Shown here: one piece after another, positions 36,861-46,234 of the stretch
How positions within the stretch are numbered: position 1 is the stretch's first letter
How the letters are laid out: each line of letters starts with the position of its first letter
Assembly (NCBI GenBank): GCA_029862185.1
Contig: JAOTXX010000013.1
Span: 408 to 64,407 of the forward strand
DNA: 64,000 bases
Source: Myxococcales bacterium
GTDB lineage: Bacteria; Myxococcota_A; Polyangia; Polyangiales; Houyiibacteriaceae
Reading direction: 5' to 3'
Made by a program: the position numbers and the translations under genes
Notes under the pieces: model-generated
Databases searched by the model: none
The model's input: the letters and a program-made list of their open reading frames with translations, nothing else
What the model was told of the DNA's origin: nothing

Positions 36861-38350
36861 CAACGCCTCCAGAACCCCGGCAAGATGAGCGCAAAGAGGG
36901 TGAAGAACTCGAGTCGTCCGAGCAGCATGGCCATCGAGAAGAACAATTTGCTGCCCGCCGAGTACGCGGCGAAGTTGTCCGGCCCCACGTGAAAGGGTGC
37001 AGGACCCATGTTGGACAAGCAAGTCAGCATCGCCCCAAACGCCGTAGGCACGGGCACGCCTTCGACCAGCGTCACGAAAAGCAGACCGAAGCCGATGCAT
37101 CCCATGTAAATCAGAAAGAACGAAGCGACGTCCGAGAGAACCTGGTTGCCAATCGCGGCCCTCCCCATCCGTACGAGCTGTACCGTGGCGGGCCGGAAGC
37201 TCTTCTGGATTTGCGCGACCGCCTGTTTGCCCATCAAGACGGCGCGCTCGATCTTGATGCCCCCCGCTGTCGAGCCCGAGCATCCCCCGACGAACATCAA
37301 GAGGATCACGATGGTGAGCGCAGTCGAGCTGTACACGCTGTAGTCGTCGGTGCCATAGCCGGTAGACGAGACCGTGGTGGCCACCATGAAGAACGAGTAG
37401 CGGAACGACGTTAGCAGGTCGTCGTGCACGCTGAGGTTCAAAATCGTCAATACGACGACTGCGGCGGAGACGATCGCGACGTACGACCGGAACTCGATGT
37501 TCCGCAGGAGCGACCGCCAGTTGCCCGTGCGCAAAAGGCCATAGTAGAGCCCGTAATTCACGGTGCCGATCAACATGAAGCTCGCGATCACGTACTCGAC
37601 GGCGGCGCTGTCAAAGCCGCCGACCGAGCTGTTGAGCGTCGAGAAACCACCCGTCGACATCGTCGTGAACGCGTGACAGACGGCGTCGAACAGGTCGAGG
37701 CCGAGGATCTTGAGAAGGGCAATCTCGATGATCGTGAGCGCGCCGTAAAGCTTCCACAATGCGAATGAAGTCTCGGCAATGCGAGGCCTCAGACCCTCGG
37801 CCGTGGTTCCTGGCACCTCTCCGCGAAAAAGATGCTTGCCGCCCGCACCGAGATTCGGAAAGACCGCGACGAACAGAACGACGATGCCCATGCCTCCGAG
37901 CCATTGGATCAGGGAGCGCCAGAGCAGAAGTGGACGGGACAGACGCCCCTCGATGTCTGCGATCACCGTTGCGCCGGTGGTGGTCAGGCCGCTGACCGAT
38001 TCGAAGAACGCATCGTCAACGGACATGCCCGCTCCGAGGATGAAGGGAACCGCGCCGCACGCGCCCGCGGCAATCCAGATCAAGCTCACGGCAAGGAGCG
38101 CCTCGCGACGCGAGATTCGCTCTGACACGAACCTACTTCCGTAGAGAAAGGCCACCAGGCCGACGATCGAGACGATGATCGCCGAAAGCGCCAGCTCCGC
38201 GGCGCCGCCTTGTGGCCGACTCGGGTCGGGCGCGAACTGGTCCCAGATCATGCCCACCCCGGCACAAAGTGCGATCATCACACCAATTCCGAGCACGACG
38301 GCTCCGACCGGTCGAATCACGCCACGGAGGTCTCGCGATGGCGTGCTCAC
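36860..38350 (-). CDS. trkH: Trk-type potassium uptake protein TrkH
   Basis: 496 aa and polytopic, with the TrkH/KtrB pattern (TTGATV, MSTGGFS, SSTGYGT and GGCSGSTAGGIK selectivity-filter-like loops). The GTG start forms a GTGA overlap with the trkA stop. Confidence 0.9.
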   Translation of the reverse strand: MSTPSRDLRGVIRPVGAVVLGIGVMIALCAGVGMIWDQFAPDPSRPQGGAAELALSAIIVSIVGLVAFLYGSRFVSERISRREALLAVSLIWIAAGACGAVPFILGAGMSVDDAFFESVSGLTTTGATVIADIEGRLSRPLLLWRSLIQWLGGMGIVVLFVAVFPNLGAGGKHLFRGEVPGTTAEGLRPRIAETSFALWKLYGALTIIEIALLKILGLDLFDAVCHAFTTMSTGGFSTLNSSVGGFDSAAVEYVIASFMLIGTVNYGLYYGLLRTGNWRSLLRNIEFRSYVAIVSAAVVVLTILNLSVHDDLLTSFRYSFFMVATTVSSTGYGTDDYSVYSSTALTIVILLMFVGGCSGSTAGGIKIERAVLMGKQAVAQIQKSFRPATVQLVRMGRAAIGNQVLSDVASFFLIYMGCIGFGLLFVTLVEGVPVPTAFGAMLTCLSNMGPAPFHVGPDNFAAYSAGSKLFFSMAMLLGRLEFFTLFALILPGFWRR

Positions 38351-39687
38351 TCACCCCTCGGTCGAAATAGCCGCTCGACGGTCGCCCGCGCTTCCTTCGT
38401 GGTCATCAGGATGACGCGGTCGCCCGGGTGCACGACGTCTTTGCCGTGCGGAATGATGACGTCGTCGCCGTGAACGATCGCCGCCAACAGCGAGCCTCGG
38501 GGCAGATTCATGCGGTGCAGAGGCTTATTCACGGCGCGGCACTTCGGGCTTGCGGTCAGCTCGACGACCTCCGCCTGGCCGTCTTCGAGCACGGTCAGGC
38601 TGTGAAGGCCACCGCCTCGCGAGAAGCGAAGGATCTGGTCGGAGGCCACGGTGCGAGGCGAAAGAACGATGTCGATGCCGAGTTGACGGTAGATCGATGC
38701 GTAGTCCGCTCGCTGCACGATCGTGGCGGTTCGCTTGCAGCCAGCGCGCTGAGCGAGGAGCGCCGCCATCAGGTTGATTTCGTCTTGCTTGGTGACTGCG
38801 GCGAACAAGTCGTAGGTGCCGACCTCCTCCTCCTCGAGAAGCGCCCCGTCGGTTCCGTCGCCGTGGACGACTTCGATGCCCTGAAACTCGGCGCTGATCT
38901 CTTCGGCTACTTCGAGATCGCTTTCGATCATCATGATCGTCGCCTCTTGCTGCAACAGCTCACGGGCGAGCGCCTTGCCGACCACGCCTCCACCGACGAT
39001 GCAGACTCGACGTGCTTTGCGTTCCTTGCTGAAGAGCCGCTCCGCGGCAAGCACGCCTTCCGGTCGACCGATCAAGTACACGCGGTCGCCTTTGACCAAC
39101 ACATCGGCGCCGCCTGGCACGAAGAGCTCACCGTCACGAACCACAGCGCTCACCAGCGTGTGCGGCGGAAGCTCGAGCGAGGAAAGCGGTTTGTTGAGGA
39201 CGCGCGATTCGTCGAGGTCGATCTGCACGAGCTCGACCCGATCCTGCGCGAGGTCGACGACGTCCGAGGCGCCGTAGGATCGGGCAATGCGGCTGAGCTC
39301 TTGCGCGACGAGAACACGCGGATTGATGACGACGTCGACGCCGAGCAAGCCGTAGCGGATGCCCTCCGTCCACTCGGACCAGGCCGTCCCTTGGACACGA
39401 GCGACGACGTGCTTTGCGCCCAGCTGCTTGGACGCCAGCGCGGCGATCAGGTTCATCTCATCGTGGTTGGTGACGGCAACCACGAGGTCAGCGCGCCCTA
39501 CGCCGGCGATCTTCAGCAAGGTTTCGCTGGCGCCATAGCCGATTATCGACGCTACGTCGTAGTGCTCCTCGGCGTATTGAACCGCCTTGGCGTTCGAATC
39601 GACGGCGATGATGTCGTGACCCTCTTTGTCGAGGACGCTCAACAAGTGACGACCGACTTCGCCCAAACCTATGACGACGATGTTCAT
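38347..39687 (-). CDS. trkA: Trk system NAD-binding regulatory protein TrkA (two RCK/KTN units)
   Basis: Two Rossmann motifs are present (MNIVVIGLGEVGRHL and VCIVGGGVVGKALAREL). Length is 446 aa. An ATGA overlap joins it to the upstream CPA gene stop. Confidence 0.92.
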   Translation of the reverse strand: MNIVVIGLGEVGRHLLSVLDKEGHDIIAVDSNAKAVQYAEEHYDVASIIGYGASETLLKIAGVGRADLVVAVTNHDEMNLIAALASKQLGAKHVVARVQGTAWSEWTEGIRYGLLGVDVVINPRVLVAQELSRIARSYGASDVVDLAQDRVELVQIDLDESRVLNKPLSSLELPPHTLVSAVVRDGELFVPGGADVLVKGDRVYLIGRPEGVLAAERLFSKERKARRVCIVGGGVVGKALARELLQQEATIMMIESDLEVAEEISAEFQGIEVVHGDGTDGALLEEEEVGTYDLFAAVTKQDEINLMAALLAQRAGCKRTATIVQRADYASIYRQLGIDIVLSPRTVASDQILRFSRGGGLHSLTVLEDGQAEVVELTASPKCRAVNKPLHRMNLPRGSLLAAIVHGDDVIIPHGKDVVHPGDRVILMTTKEARATVERLFRPRGE

Positions 39688-41024
39688 TTGGCACTCACCT
39701 CGATCGATGTTTGGGAATCGCTATCCTTGAGCTCGCGCTGGATTTCTCCCTCGTCTGCAAGCAAGCCCCGGAGCAGTCGCGGTGCGATCAAGTCGTTAAG
39801 GATGACCGAGCCGAGCACCACGGAGTACGCGAGGTTTGCCGCCTCTCCCACATAGACGAGGCGGAAGGAAACTGCCATCGCAAGTGTGACGTCACCGTGT
39901 GCCAAAAGGCCGCGGAACAGATCTTTTCTCAACGTCGTGCCCCAGCCCGCGATCAGGCTTGCGACCCACTTTGCCCCGGTGCGTGCGGCCAGGAAACCAG
40001 CGAGCGCGATCAAAGTCGGCACCAGTGGGGTTGGTTGCCAAAGCGCACCGGCAAAAATCAGGAGCACGATCGCCATCGGGCGCTCGGTCGATTCGAGCGT
40101 GGCGTGCAAGAGCTGGCCGCCGCGGGCGAAATTCACCAGTACGAAGCCCATCGAAAGATTCACTGCCAAAGGCGAGAGTTCTAGGAAATATGCACCGCCC
40201 GATGCAAAGGCGATGATTCCCACCAGCGCTAGGAAGCGGGAGTTGTCCGATTCGTCGCCTGCCAAGAAGAGCGAAAACAGGAAGCCGAGCGCGGCGCCGA
40301 GCAGGACGGTCACCCAGGCCCACAGGGCGGGCGAGTAGTCTTGCGCTTGGGGCGCGTTCTCGTGAAACACGCAAAAAATCAGGCCGAAGGCGAGGATGAC
40401 CGCGATGTCGCCGAGGCGCGTTCCGTTTCGGAGCAGCGAAGCGAGCCGCCCGCTGATCTCGTAGCGCCTCGCGAGGAGGTCGTACGGCTCGGTCGAATCC
40501 GCGGCCGCAAAGCAGGCCAGCGCGGCAGCGCTCAGTGCTGCGCCGCGCGCTGTGGTCTCCATCCAGCCACCGTCGGTGAAGAAGTAGTAGGCGCCAAAGC
40601 CGACGGCGAGGCCGGGAAGCAGGTGATGCAGGAAGACCACGCGCCAGGTTGCCGGGTCGAGCTTTTGAAGGCTTGCGAAGTCGAAGTCGGTGCCTCGCAG
40701 TAAGCCAACCCAACCGGCTGCGAGCGCGATGATCGGTAGCAGGCCAGTCACGTTGTCGAACGCGTGGATTGCAGGAAAGGCTGGACCGAGCAGGAATCCG
40801 AGCAGGAGATACTCGGCACCGCTCACGACGAGGAAGCGACGTTGCAAGCGCTCCACCACGTTGTGGGCGAGCACGTACGCCACACCGATCACGACGACGA
40901 GCAAGACGACCGTGCCGAGCTCGCCCGCGATCCCAGGCGCACCCGGCCCGCTCGCCGCATGTGCGACGCCAGGCAATGTTGCCCAGACGAGCGCCACTGC
41001 GGTCAAGATCAGCCTCCCCGCCAT
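39684..41024 (-). CDS. Cation:proton antiporter (Na+/H+ exchanger family)
   Basis: 446 aa with a signal-like N-terminus, about 12 TM helices and the motif GAEYLLLGFLLGPAF. Confidence 0.8.
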   Translation of the reverse strand: MAGRLILTAVALVWATLPGVAHAASGPGAPGIAGELGTVVLLVVVIGVAYVLAHNVVERLQRRFLVVSGAEYLLLGFLLGPAFPAIHAFDNVTGLLPIIALAAGWVGLLRGTDFDFASLQKLDPATWRVVFLHHLLPGLAVGFGAYYFFTDGGWMETTARGAALSAAALACFAAADSTEPYDLLARRYEISGRLASLLRNGTRLGDIAVILAFGLIFCVFHENAPQAQDYSPALWAWVTVLLGAALGFLFSLFLAGDESDNSRFLALVGIIAFASGGAYFLELSPLAVNLSMGFVLVNFARGGQLLHATLESTERPMAIVLLIFAGALWQPTPLVPTLIALAGFLAARTGAKWVASLIAGWGTTLRKDLFRGLLAHGDVTLAMAVSFRLVYVGEAANLAYSVVLGSVILNDLIAPRLLRGLLADEGEIQRELKDSDSQTSIEVSAK

Positions 41025-41100
41025 ATCCGCTCAATTGTGAAGAAGAAGCTCCCGGAACGGTAGTTTCGGGCTGGACAGTTGTTTAGCCGGCCCAGGGGGG

Positions 41101-41766
41101 CTAGTTTCGTAGCCCTTCGAGCACGATCGAGATCAGGCTCTTGGAGGTTTCGATCGGGTCCATCTTGACCTGCTTGCGCACCGAAGCCAAAGCGAGCGCC
41201 TCGACCGCGCCGAGGACCGCCAGTGCGCTTACACGCGGATCGGACACCGTCACAAAGCCCCGCTCGGCGGCCACCTGGCTCAGGGCCATCGCCCTCTGGT
41301 CGAGCTCGTTCGCCAGGTCGGAGATCGCTTGCCGCGCGATCGTTGCAGGGGCTCGCCGCTCCTGAAGGTAAAGGCACATCGCGTCAGGGTAGAGGGCGAG
41401 CGCACCGACCAAGCGATTGCCCAATTGCCCATATGTCGCGACCGCCTGGCTTCGATCGCTTGCTTGCCGAAGCTGCGAGTCGCACTCCTGTATCGCTTCG
41501 ACCGTGGTGCTGGCAATCGGCGAGATCACCGCCTCGACCAGATCGGCTTTGTCCCGAAAATAGCGGTAGAAATTGCCCTTCGCCATACCGGCCTCGCGGG
41601 CGACTTCGTCGATCGTCACCGCTTCGATGCCTCGCTGCAAAAAGAGCGAAAGACCGGCGTCGGTCAGGTCTTGGACGCGCTTGCGCCGGTTGAGATCTCG
41701 CTTGCCACCCAAAGCACCGGGCCGCTCCACTGGGCCGGCGCGCCTTGGCCTTCTTTCGTCGTCCAT
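41101..41766 (-). CDS. TetR-family transcriptional regulator
   Basis: Start taken at ATG 41766 (MDDERRPRR). The TetR HTH is IEAVTIDEVAREAGMAKGNFYRYFRDKADL. It lies 76 nt upstream of the ion-transport operon on the same strand. Confidence 0.85.
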   Translation of the reverse strand: MDDERRPRRAGPVERPGALGGKRDLNRRKRVQDLTDAGLSLFLQRGIEAVTIDEVAREAGMAKGNFYRYFRDKADLVEAVISPIASTTVEAIQECDSQLRQASDRSQAVATYGQLGNRLVGALALYPDAMCLYLQERRAPATIARQAISDLANELDQRAMALSQVAAERGFVTVSDPRVSALAVLGAVEALALASVRKQVKMDPIETSKSLISIVLEGLRN

Positions 41767-41849
41767 CGAGTTGCTCCTAACGGGTATCGAGCCGATTCGA
41801 TGCAGGATTATGGGGCACCCTCGACCCAGGTAAAGGGTCAAACACGAAA

Positions 41850-41888
41850 ATATTGCGCCTAACCGGCCGGGATATCGACATATTGCGC
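41850..41888. repeat. Two exact 9-bp direct repeats ATATTGCGC spaced exactly 30 bp apart in the tetR/lipA divergent intergenic region
   Basis: ATATTGCGC occurs at 41850..41858 and again at 41880..41888. A perfect TTGACA hexamer follows at 41930..41935, then G7TGCTGC5. Confidence 0.3.
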
Positions 41889-41986
41889 GAAGTCAAAGAA
41901 AGCCCCACAATTCGTGGTGTTAGACGCGATTGACAGGGGGGGTGCTGCCCCCTAAGAGCTTGCCTTAGGACTGATGGGAGCGTTGG

Positions 41987-42943
41987 ATGACCTTGCCTGC
42001 TCGCAAACCTGATTGGCTTCGCGTGAGGCTCCCGGCGGGGCCGCAGCAGGACCAATTCCACGGCCTGAAGTCCCGGTTCCGCGCTCGCGGGCTGCATACG
42101 GTGTGCGAGGAAGCCCGCTGTCCAAACATTTTCGAATGCTGGGGCCAGGGCACCGCAACCGTCATGATTCTCGGCGAGACCTGCACACGGGGCTGTCGGT
42201 TCTGTTCCGTTCAGACTGGGAAGCCCGGCGGCGCTGTGGATTCGAACGAGCCCGAGAACACGGCGATCTCGCTTGCCGAGATGGGGCTTGCCTACGTGGT
42301 GCTCACGATGGTCGACCGCGACGACCTTGCGGACGGCGGCGCCGCACACGTTGCGAAGACGGTTCGTCGCATCAAGCATCACAGCCCAGCGCTGCGCGTC
42401 GAGACCTTGGTTGGGGATTTTCAAGGCGATCACGACGACCTGCGCGTGGTCGTGCAAGAAGGGCGCCCGGATGTCTTTGCGCACAACGTGGAAGTCGTGC
42501 CGCGATTGCAACGCAGCATTCGAGATGTGCGCTGTTCGTGGGAGCGATCGGTCGATGCGCTCGTCACTGCGAAGGAGCTCGGCGCTTCGATCGTCAAGAC
42601 TTCGCTCATGGTTGGCCTCGGTGAAGAGCTCGATGAAGTGCTCCACGCCATGCGACTTCTGCGCGACGCGGACGTCGACGTGCTCACGATCGGCCAATAC
42701 CTGAGGCCGACCGGGCGTCACGCCTCAGTGCAACGCTACGTCGAGCCAGCTGAGTTCGCAGCCTACGAGAAACTGGGGCTCGAGATGGGGTTTCGCTTCG
42801 TCGCTTCGGGGCCGCTCGTTCGCTCGAGCTATCGGGCAGCGGAGGTCTTTCTCACGGGGGCGCTTGCCGCGGAGGCGCAGGACCAAGCGGCGCCCGCAAT
42901 GAATCGGTACGGGAAGAAACGAAAGCTGGACGTGCTCGGCTGA
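41987..42943 (+). CDS. lipA: Lipoyl synthase
   Basis: Has the auxiliary cluster motif CEEARCPNIFEC and the radical-SAM motif CTRGCRFCSV. Confidence 0.95.
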   Translation: MTLPARKPDWLRVRLPAGPQQDQFHGLKSRFRARGLHTVCEEARCPNIFECWGQGTATVMILGETCTRGCRFCSVQTGKPGGAVDSNEPENTAISLAEMGLAYVVLTMVDRDDLADGGAAHVAKTVRRIKHHSPALRVETLVGDFQGDHDDLRVVVQEGRPDVFAHNVEVVPRLQRSIRDVRCSWERSVDALVTAKELGASIVKTSLMVGLGEELDEVLHAMRLLRDADVDVLTIGQYLRPTGRHASVQRYVEPAEFAAYEKLGLEMGFRFVASGPLVRSSYRAAEVFLTGALAAEAQDQAAPAMNRYGKKRKLDVLG

Positions 42944-42950
42944 GAGGGAC

Positions 42951-44033
42951 ATGCAGGTCATTCGGGACGACGGAAGCCTCGATTCAAAGCTCGACCCGGG
43001 CCTGTCCGTCGATGAAGTCATCGCGCTGTACAAGGCGATGGTTCGCACTCGTATCGTCGATGACCGGCTCGAACGAATTCAGCGGCAAGGTCGCATCGCA
43101 TTTCACGTCGGCTCCCTCGGAGAAGAGGCGGCGATCGTCGGCGCCGCGGCTGCCCTTCGCGACCGGGATTGGATCGTTCCCTGCTATCGCGAAGTGGGCG
43201 CTCTGCTCTGGAGAGGCTACCCGTTGCAACGGTACGTCGACCACATGTACGGGAACGCCGATGACCCGGTACACGGCCGACAGATGCCGGACCACACCTT
43301 CAGCCGCCCGCACCGGTACCTCGCGGTGAGCGCACCGATCGGAACGCAGATCCCCCACGCCGTTGGTCTTGCGATGGCGGCAAAGAAGCGCGACCTCGAC
43401 GAGTGCGTCGGCGTCTTCTTCGGCGACGGGGCGACGAGCTCGAACGATTTTCACGCGGCGATGAACTTCGCCGGCGTCTTTCAGCCGCCGGTTCTCTTTC
43501 TCTGCCGCAACAATGGCTACGCGATCAGCTTGCCGGTCGAACGACAAACCGCAACGCGCACCATCGCTGAAAAAGCCGCTGCGTACCGGGTCCCGGCTGC
43601 ACGGGTCGATGGCAACGATGCGCTGGCAGTCTTTGGGGCCGTTCGAGAAGGCGTGCAGCGGGCGGCAAACGGCGGGGGCCCGACGTTCATCGAGCTCCTG
43701 ACCTATCGCGTCGGCGGCCATTCGACTTCGGACGACCCGAGGATCTATCGAAGTGAAGAGGAAGTCGATGCCTGGCGCGACGCCGATCCCATTCTCCGGC
43801 TCCGCAAGCACATCGAGCATCGCGACGTTTGGAACGACGATCTCGACAGTGACTGGCGCACGGTCTGCGATTTGGAGGTCAAGGCCTGCGTCCGGCGGGC
43901 GGAGCAGAAACCGGCGCCCGAGCTCGGCGAAATGTTCACCGACGTCTACGCCGAGCAACCCTGGCACCTTCGTGAGCAGCAAGCACGATCGCTTGGCGGG
44001 CCGCGGGCCGCGGCTGAAGAGGACGAGTCATGA
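42951..44033 (+). CDS. Branched-chain 2-oxoacid dehydrogenase E1 alpha subunit
   Basis: The TPP-binding region GDGATSSNDFHAAMNFAGV and LFLCRNNGYAISLP match the BCKDH-type FxCRNNxYAIS pattern. Confidence 0.88.
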   Translation: MQVIRDDGSLDSKLDPGLSVDEVIALYKAMVRTRIVDDRLERIQRQGRIAFHVGSLGEEAAIVGAAAALRDRDWIVPCYREVGALLWRGYPLQRYVDHMYGNADDPVHGRQMPDHTFSRPHRYLAVSAPIGTQIPHAVGLAMAAKKRDLDECVGVFFGDGATSSNDFHAAMNFAGVFQPPVLFLCRNNGYAISLPVERQTATRTIAEKAAAYRVPAARVDGNDALAVFGAVREGVQRAANGGGPTFIELLTYRVGGHSTSDDPRIYRSEEEVDAWRDADPILRLRKHIEHRDVWNDDLDSDWRTVCDLEVKACVRRAEQKPAPELGEMFTDVYAEQPWHLREQQARSLGGPRAAAEEDES

Positions 44034-45004
44034 CGGAGATGAATCTCGTTCAGGCGATCAACAGCGCGCTGCGAGGCGCGCTTCGAGAGGACGAGAACGT
44101 CCTGCTCATGGGCGAAGACATCGGCACTTTGGGTGGCGTTTTTCGGGTGACTCAGGGGCTGCGGGAAGAGTTTGGCCCTGATCGGGTGCTCGACACGCCG
44201 CTTTCGGAGACCGGGATTCTCGGGACAGCCATCGGTATGGCGCTTCACGGGCTTCGGCCCGTTTCCGAGATTCAGTTTGCGGATTTCATCTACCCGGGCT
44301 TCGACCAGCTCGTCAGCGAAGCAGCGAAGTATCGCTATCGAACAGCCGGCGAGTTTCACGTGCCGATGGTCGTCCGCACGCCCTATGGCGGGGGCATTCG
44401 GGGTGGTCAGTATCATTCACAGTCGCCCGAGGCCTTGTTCATTCACACGCCGGGATTGAAAGTCGTCTGCCCATCGAACCCGTACGACGCGAAGGGGCTC
44501 CTGCTCGAAGCGATCGAGGACGATGACCCGGTTATCTTCTTCGAGCCGAAGCGCGTGTATCGCGCGGTGAAAATGGACGTTCCAGACACGACTTACCGGG
44601 TGCCTCTTGGCGAAGGAAAGGTCGTTCGGGCTGGCGAGCAGGTCACGTGCCTGGCCTGGGGGGCCATGCTCTATGAAGCGTTCAGCGCCGCCGAAGAGGT
44701 GGCCAAGGAGGGGGTCGATGTCGAAGTGATCGATCTCAGAACGCTCTGGCCGCTCGACATCGAAACCATCACTTCGAGCGTGAAGAAGACCGGCCGCCTG
44801 GTTATCGTGCATGAGGCGCCTCGGACATGCGGTTTTGGAGGCGAGCTCGTCGCGCTGATCACCGAGCGTGCATTCTTGCACCTCGAGGCTCCCCCCGTTC
44901 GTGTCACCGGCTGGGACACGCCGTTCCCTTTGACCCACGAGCGCGAGTATCTTCCGCTCGTTCACCGGATCGCTCCGGTGCTCTTGGAAACGGCGAGGTA
45001 CTGA
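44030..45004 (+). CDS. Branched-chain 2-oxoacid dehydrogenase E1 beta subunit
   Basis: MGEDIGTLGGVFRVT, DTPLSETGI and a transketolase-like C-terminal domain are present. An ATGA overlap joins it to E1 alpha. Confidence 0.9.
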   Translation: MTEMNLVQAINSALRGALREDENVLLMGEDIGTLGGVFRVTQGLREEFGPDRVLDTPLSETGILGTAIGMALHGLRPVSEIQFADFIYPGFDQLVSEAAKYRYRTAGEFHVPMVVRTPYGGGIRGGQYHSQSPEALFIHTPGLKVVCPSNPYDAKGLLLEAIEDDDPVIFFEPKRVYRAVKMDVPDTTYRVPLGEGKVVRAGEQVTCLAWGAMLYEAFSAAEEVAKEGVDVEVIDLRTLWPLDIETITSSVKKTGRLVIVHEAPRTCGFGGELVALITERAFLHLEAPPVRVTGWDTPFPLTHEREYLPLVHRIAPVLLETARY

Positions 45005-45007
45005 ACG

Positions 45008-46234
45008 ATGGCACGGCTCGACTTCAAGCTTCCGGACGTTGGGGAAGGGGTGACCGAAGGCGAGATCGTCCAGTGGTTCGTGGCGGTGGGCGACACCGTG
45101 GCCGAGGACGAACCCATGGTGGAGGTCATGACCGACAAGGCGACCGTCACGATCGGCGCACCATGCGAAGCGCGAGTCGAACGGATTTGCTTCGAAGTGG
45201 GTGCCATCGCCCAAGTGGGGCAGGTGATCCTCACGCTCGAGTCCGAGCTGGCCTCGAACGTGGATGCCACTCCGCGATCTTCACGGCCGCCGGCCACTGC
45301 GGTGGGGGAGATCCGGGACCAGGTACCGGGGGCGGGTCTTTTTCAGGTCGAAGCCGGGGCCGGTACCGAGAACGCTCACTTGGACGCGAAGCCCTTGGCG
45401 ACGCCCGCGACACGACGCTTGGCCCACGCGCTGGGTGTGGACCTTCGGCAGGTACGTCCCAGCGGTGCGGAGGGGCGGGTGACCGAGAATGACGTTCGCG
45501 CGCTCGTCGCCGAGGGTCGGACCGATACAACGCTCGAAGAGCGTCACCCGATCCTCGGAATACGGCGTACGATCGCCGAACGGATGCACCGCTCGAAGAC
45601 GACGGCAGCGCACTTCACATTCGTCGAGGAGTGCGATGCTTCGGGGCTGGTGGAGCTGCGGCGGCGGCTCTTGCCCGAGGCGGAGCGCCGCGGGGTTCGG
45701 CTCACCTACTTGCCCTTCATCGTCAAAGCCGTGGCCGAGGCATTGCCCAGGCATCCAGTGCTCAACGCTGCAGTCGATGAGCGAAGCAACGAGCTGGTCT
45801 ACAAGAAATACTACAACATCGGCCTGGCCACGGCGACCGAGGCCGGACTGATGGTTCCGGTCGTGCACGACGCGGACCGGCTCCCGCTCTTTGAGCTGGC
45901 GAGCCAAATCGAAACCCTTGCACAATCGGCGAGGGACGGAACGATCGCGCCCAAAGATCTGCGGGGCTCCACGTTCACGGTGACATCCCTCGGCAAACGG
46001 AGCGGCCTTCTTGCGACGCCTATCCTCAATCATCCGGAGCTCGGCATCTTGGGGGTCCACCGAATCAAGGAGAAGCCCGTGGTTCGCGACGGAGCGATCG
46101 TCGTGGGCAAGGTCATGTTGCTTTCGCTCTCGCTCGATCATCGCGTCGTCGACGGACACGTTGGCGCTGCGTTTGCGTACGACGTCATCGAAACGCTCGA
46201 GAACCCGGAGCGCCTGTTCGACAGGGACCTCTGA
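45008..46234 (+). CDS. Dihydrolipoamide acyltransferase E2 (lipoyl domain, subunit-binding domain, catalytic domain)
   Basis: The lipoyl-Lys context VEVMTDKATVTI, the PSBD sequence ATPATRRLAHALGVDL, and the catalytic LSLDHRVVDG are present. Confidence 0.9.
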   Translation: MARLDFKLPDVGEGVTEGEIVQWFVAVGDTVAEDEPMVEVMTDKATVTIGAPCEARVERICFEVGAIAQVGQVILTLESELASNVDATPRSSRPPATAVGEIRDQVPGAGLFQVEAGAGTENAHLDAKPLATPATRRLAHALGVDLRQVRPSGAEGRVTENDVRALVAEGRTDTTLEERHPILGIRRTIAERMHRSKTTAAHFTFVEECDASGLVELRRRLLPEAERRGVRLTYLPFIVKAVAEALPRHPVLNAAVDERSNELVYKKYYNIGLATATEAGLMVPVVHDADRLPLFELASQIETLAQSARDGTIAPKDLRGSTFTVTSLGKRSGLLATPILNHPELGILGVHRIKEKPVVRDGAIVVGKVMLLSLSLDHRVVDGHVGAAFAYDVIETLENPERLFDRDL

